From Coraliomargarita sp. (GTDB taxonomy: Bacteria; Verrucomicrobiota; Verrucomicrobiia; Opitutales; Coraliomargaritaceae): a DNA stretch of 64,000 nt. A program made the position numbers and the translations under genes. The stretch is from positions 1,376,001 to 1,440,000 of the forward strand of contig OZ244160.1 in the NCBI GenBank assembly GCA_965216325.1, written 5' to 3'. The notes under the pieces are model-generated. The model searched no databases and was not told the origin of the DNA. It saw only the letters and a program-made list of their open reading frames with translations. Positions 62,311-64,000 of the stretch are shown here, one piece after another. The first letter of the stretch is position 1. The number at the start of each line of letters is the position of its first letter.

Positions 62311-63239
62311 CCCCTCAACTGCTCAATCACCGCTTCAAAATCCTGCGGCAGCGGTGCGACGAACTTCATCAGCTCATCGCGTTCCGGATGCTGAATGTGT
62401 AGCTCGGTCGAGTGAAGCATTACACGCGGAACCAAGATGCCCTTGAGACGTGTAGCCTTGAAGCCATAGGTCGTATCGCCCAATAGCGGCAGTTTCTGAC
62501 TGCTCATATGGACGCGAATCTGATGGGTGCGCCCAGTATGGATCACACAACTGACCAAAGCTGCAACGCGACCGAAGCGCTCCTCGACAGACCAATCGGT
62601 ATGCGCATCACGCCCGCCCGGGACGACCGCCATACGCGTGCGTACTACCGGGTGGCGCCCTATGGGCTCTTTAACCGTCCCTGTAGATTGTATCGGAGAT
62701 CCCAATACAAGCGCACGGTAGCGCTTGTATGTTTCTCGACCGCTAAACGCAGCTGCCAACTTGTGGTGCGCTAAATCCGTTTTTGCCACGACGATGATAC
62801 CCGTGGTTTCTTTATCCAGACGATGCACAATGCCCGGGCGATCCGGCGCACCGACCGAACTCAATTGCCCGTCCGTGTGATGCAGTAAAGCGTGTACCAA
62901 GGTATCGTCGCCGGTGCCACTACCTGGATGCGTGACCATGCCAACCGGTTTGTTCACCACCACGATGGCTTCGTCCTCGTAGAGAATTTCCAAGGGAATA
63001 TCGACTGGCATCGGTCCCACACCTACATCGGGCTCATCCAACACCGCGCGCAGCAAGCCGGCCGAGTTAATCTTAAAACGCTTATCAATGACCTGCCCGT
63101 CGAAGGTCACCTGCCCGGCATCAAATGCCTTCTGCAGACGCACACGACTGACATCCTCAAACTCAGCCGCAAAAATCTTATCGGCGCGACCTTTCTTTAC
63201 GCCATCCGGAACTGCAAACTCAATGACACGCTCAGCCAT
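62292..63239 (-). CDS. rluD: RluA/RluD family 23S rRNA pseudouridine synthase
   Basis: S4-like N-terminus, [33 protein letters not shown] motifs. Confidence 0.93.
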   Translation of the reverse strand: MAERVIEFAVPDGVKKGRADKIFAAEFEDVSRVRLQKAFDAGQVTFDGQVIDKRFKINSAGLLRAVLDEPDVGVGPMPVDIPLEILYEDEAIVVVNKPVGMVTHPGSGTGDDTLVHALLHHTDGQLSSVGAPDRPGIVHRLDKETTGIIVVAKTDLAHHKLAAAFSGRETYKRYRALVLGSPIQSTGTVKEPIGRHPVVRTRMAVVPGGRDAHTDWSVEERFGRVAALVSCVIHTGRTHQIRVHMSSQKLPLLGDTTYGFKATRLKGILVPRVMLHSTELHIQHPERDELMKFVAPLPQDFEAVIEQLRGLGSRL

Positions 63240-64000
63240 GGCGCGCAGCGAGTTCCCGAGCGTGTTCAGTGTCCTTGGTGATTTGATCCTTCAACGCATC
63301 CAGTGAATCAAACTTCTGTTCGAGACGGATAAAGGCGAGCCACTCCACTTCGATTGCATCACCTTCAGTGAACTCGGTGGGCTCCAGCGCATGGATTTCC
63401 AGTGCTGGCGTTTGATCGAATTCAGCCACAGTCGGCTTTACGCCATAATTCGCAACTGCGGAGAACCATGGCGAGGTTGGGGTCCCGGCTTCAGCCGGAT
63501 TTGAGTCTGGCTTGGAACCGCCTAAAGGCGGAACTCCAACACTTCTCTTACGAAACCTGACGTAATACACACCAAAGCACGGCAAGCATTCCGGCTCCCA
63601 TGGAAGATTCAGCGTCGGGAAACCGATCTGACGACCAAGCTTCTGACCACCGATGATCTCGCCATCGGCAAAATAATTGTAGCCCAGCAAATCGTTTACG
63701 GACTCGATTTCGCCCGCTTGCAGCTGGCCACGAATACGGGTGCTACTAATTGGCTCGCCGTTGTGCTTAATGCGCTCCGCACTGAAGACACCAAGACCCA
63801 ACTCCTTACCAGACTCAATCAAGGTCGAGACATCACCCGCGCGCTTTTGACCAAAGCGAAAGTTCTCGCCCACATAGATCGCCTGCAGCGCAGGCAAGGC
63901 CTGCTTTAGTTCCGCCAGAAAGATCTCTGCGGGTATCGATGCATAAGCACGATCAAAGTGCTTGCGAATCACGACGTCGACTCCGACCTGATGCAGCATG
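63232..64000 (-). CDS. ribF: bifunctional riboflavin kinase/FAD synthetase (5' part outside the window)
   Basis: [39 protein letters not shown] motifs. Confidence 0.95.
   Translation of the reverse strand, partial: MLHQVGVDVVIRKHFDRAYASIPAEIFLAELKQALPALQAIYVGENFRFGQKRAGDVSTLIESGKELGLGVFSAERIKHNGEPISSTRIRGQLQAGEIESVNDLLGYNYFADGEIIGGQKLGRQIGFPTLNLPWEPECLPCFGVYYVRFRKRSVGVPPLGGSKPDSNPAEAGTPTSPWFSAVANYGVKPTVAEFDQTPALEIHALEPTEFTEGDAIEVEWLAFIRLEQKFDSLDALKDQITKDTEHARELAARHG
63476..63540. repeat. REP doublet inside the ribF coding sequence
   Basis: GTTGGGGTCCCGGCTTCAGCCGG (63476-63498) and inverted CCGCCTAAAGGCGGAACTCCAAC (63518-63540). Confidence 0.88.

Overview
Chromosomal window from a probable Verrucomicrobiota bacterium (Opitutales/Coraliomargarita-like; inferred from TIGR03790, SHD1-like and Amuc_1098-1101-like pilus genes and an alpha2-type GlyRS). 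It is mostly housekeeping genes (infC, photolyase, glyQS, rnhB, lysA, msrB, ilvA, aroE, galK, glnS, gltX, rnr, obg, rluD, ribF). It also has a phosphate-uptake regulon (porin-pstSCAB-phoU with Pho-box-like repeats) and a pilM/N/O/P/secretin operon followed by a 2721-aa RCC1/CARDB surface protein. Structures the ORF track does not explain: (1) a 1172-bp transposase-less element with perfect 22-bp TG..CA terminal inverted repeats, a 5-bp flanking direct repeat and arrays of CATAAGTTG sites, ending 10 bp upstream of tRNA-Ile2(CAT); (2) three copies of that tRNA's 3' end in a 111-bp tandem array; (3) a REP-associated tyrosine transposase whose flanking REPs encode the same C-terminus (LGSRL*) for both neighbouring genes, plus an in-frame REP doublet inside ribF; (4) many other palindromic intergenic repeat families; (5) a 31-aa bS22/COX24-like gene missed by the ORF track. 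All calls come from reading the sequence; no database searches were run.
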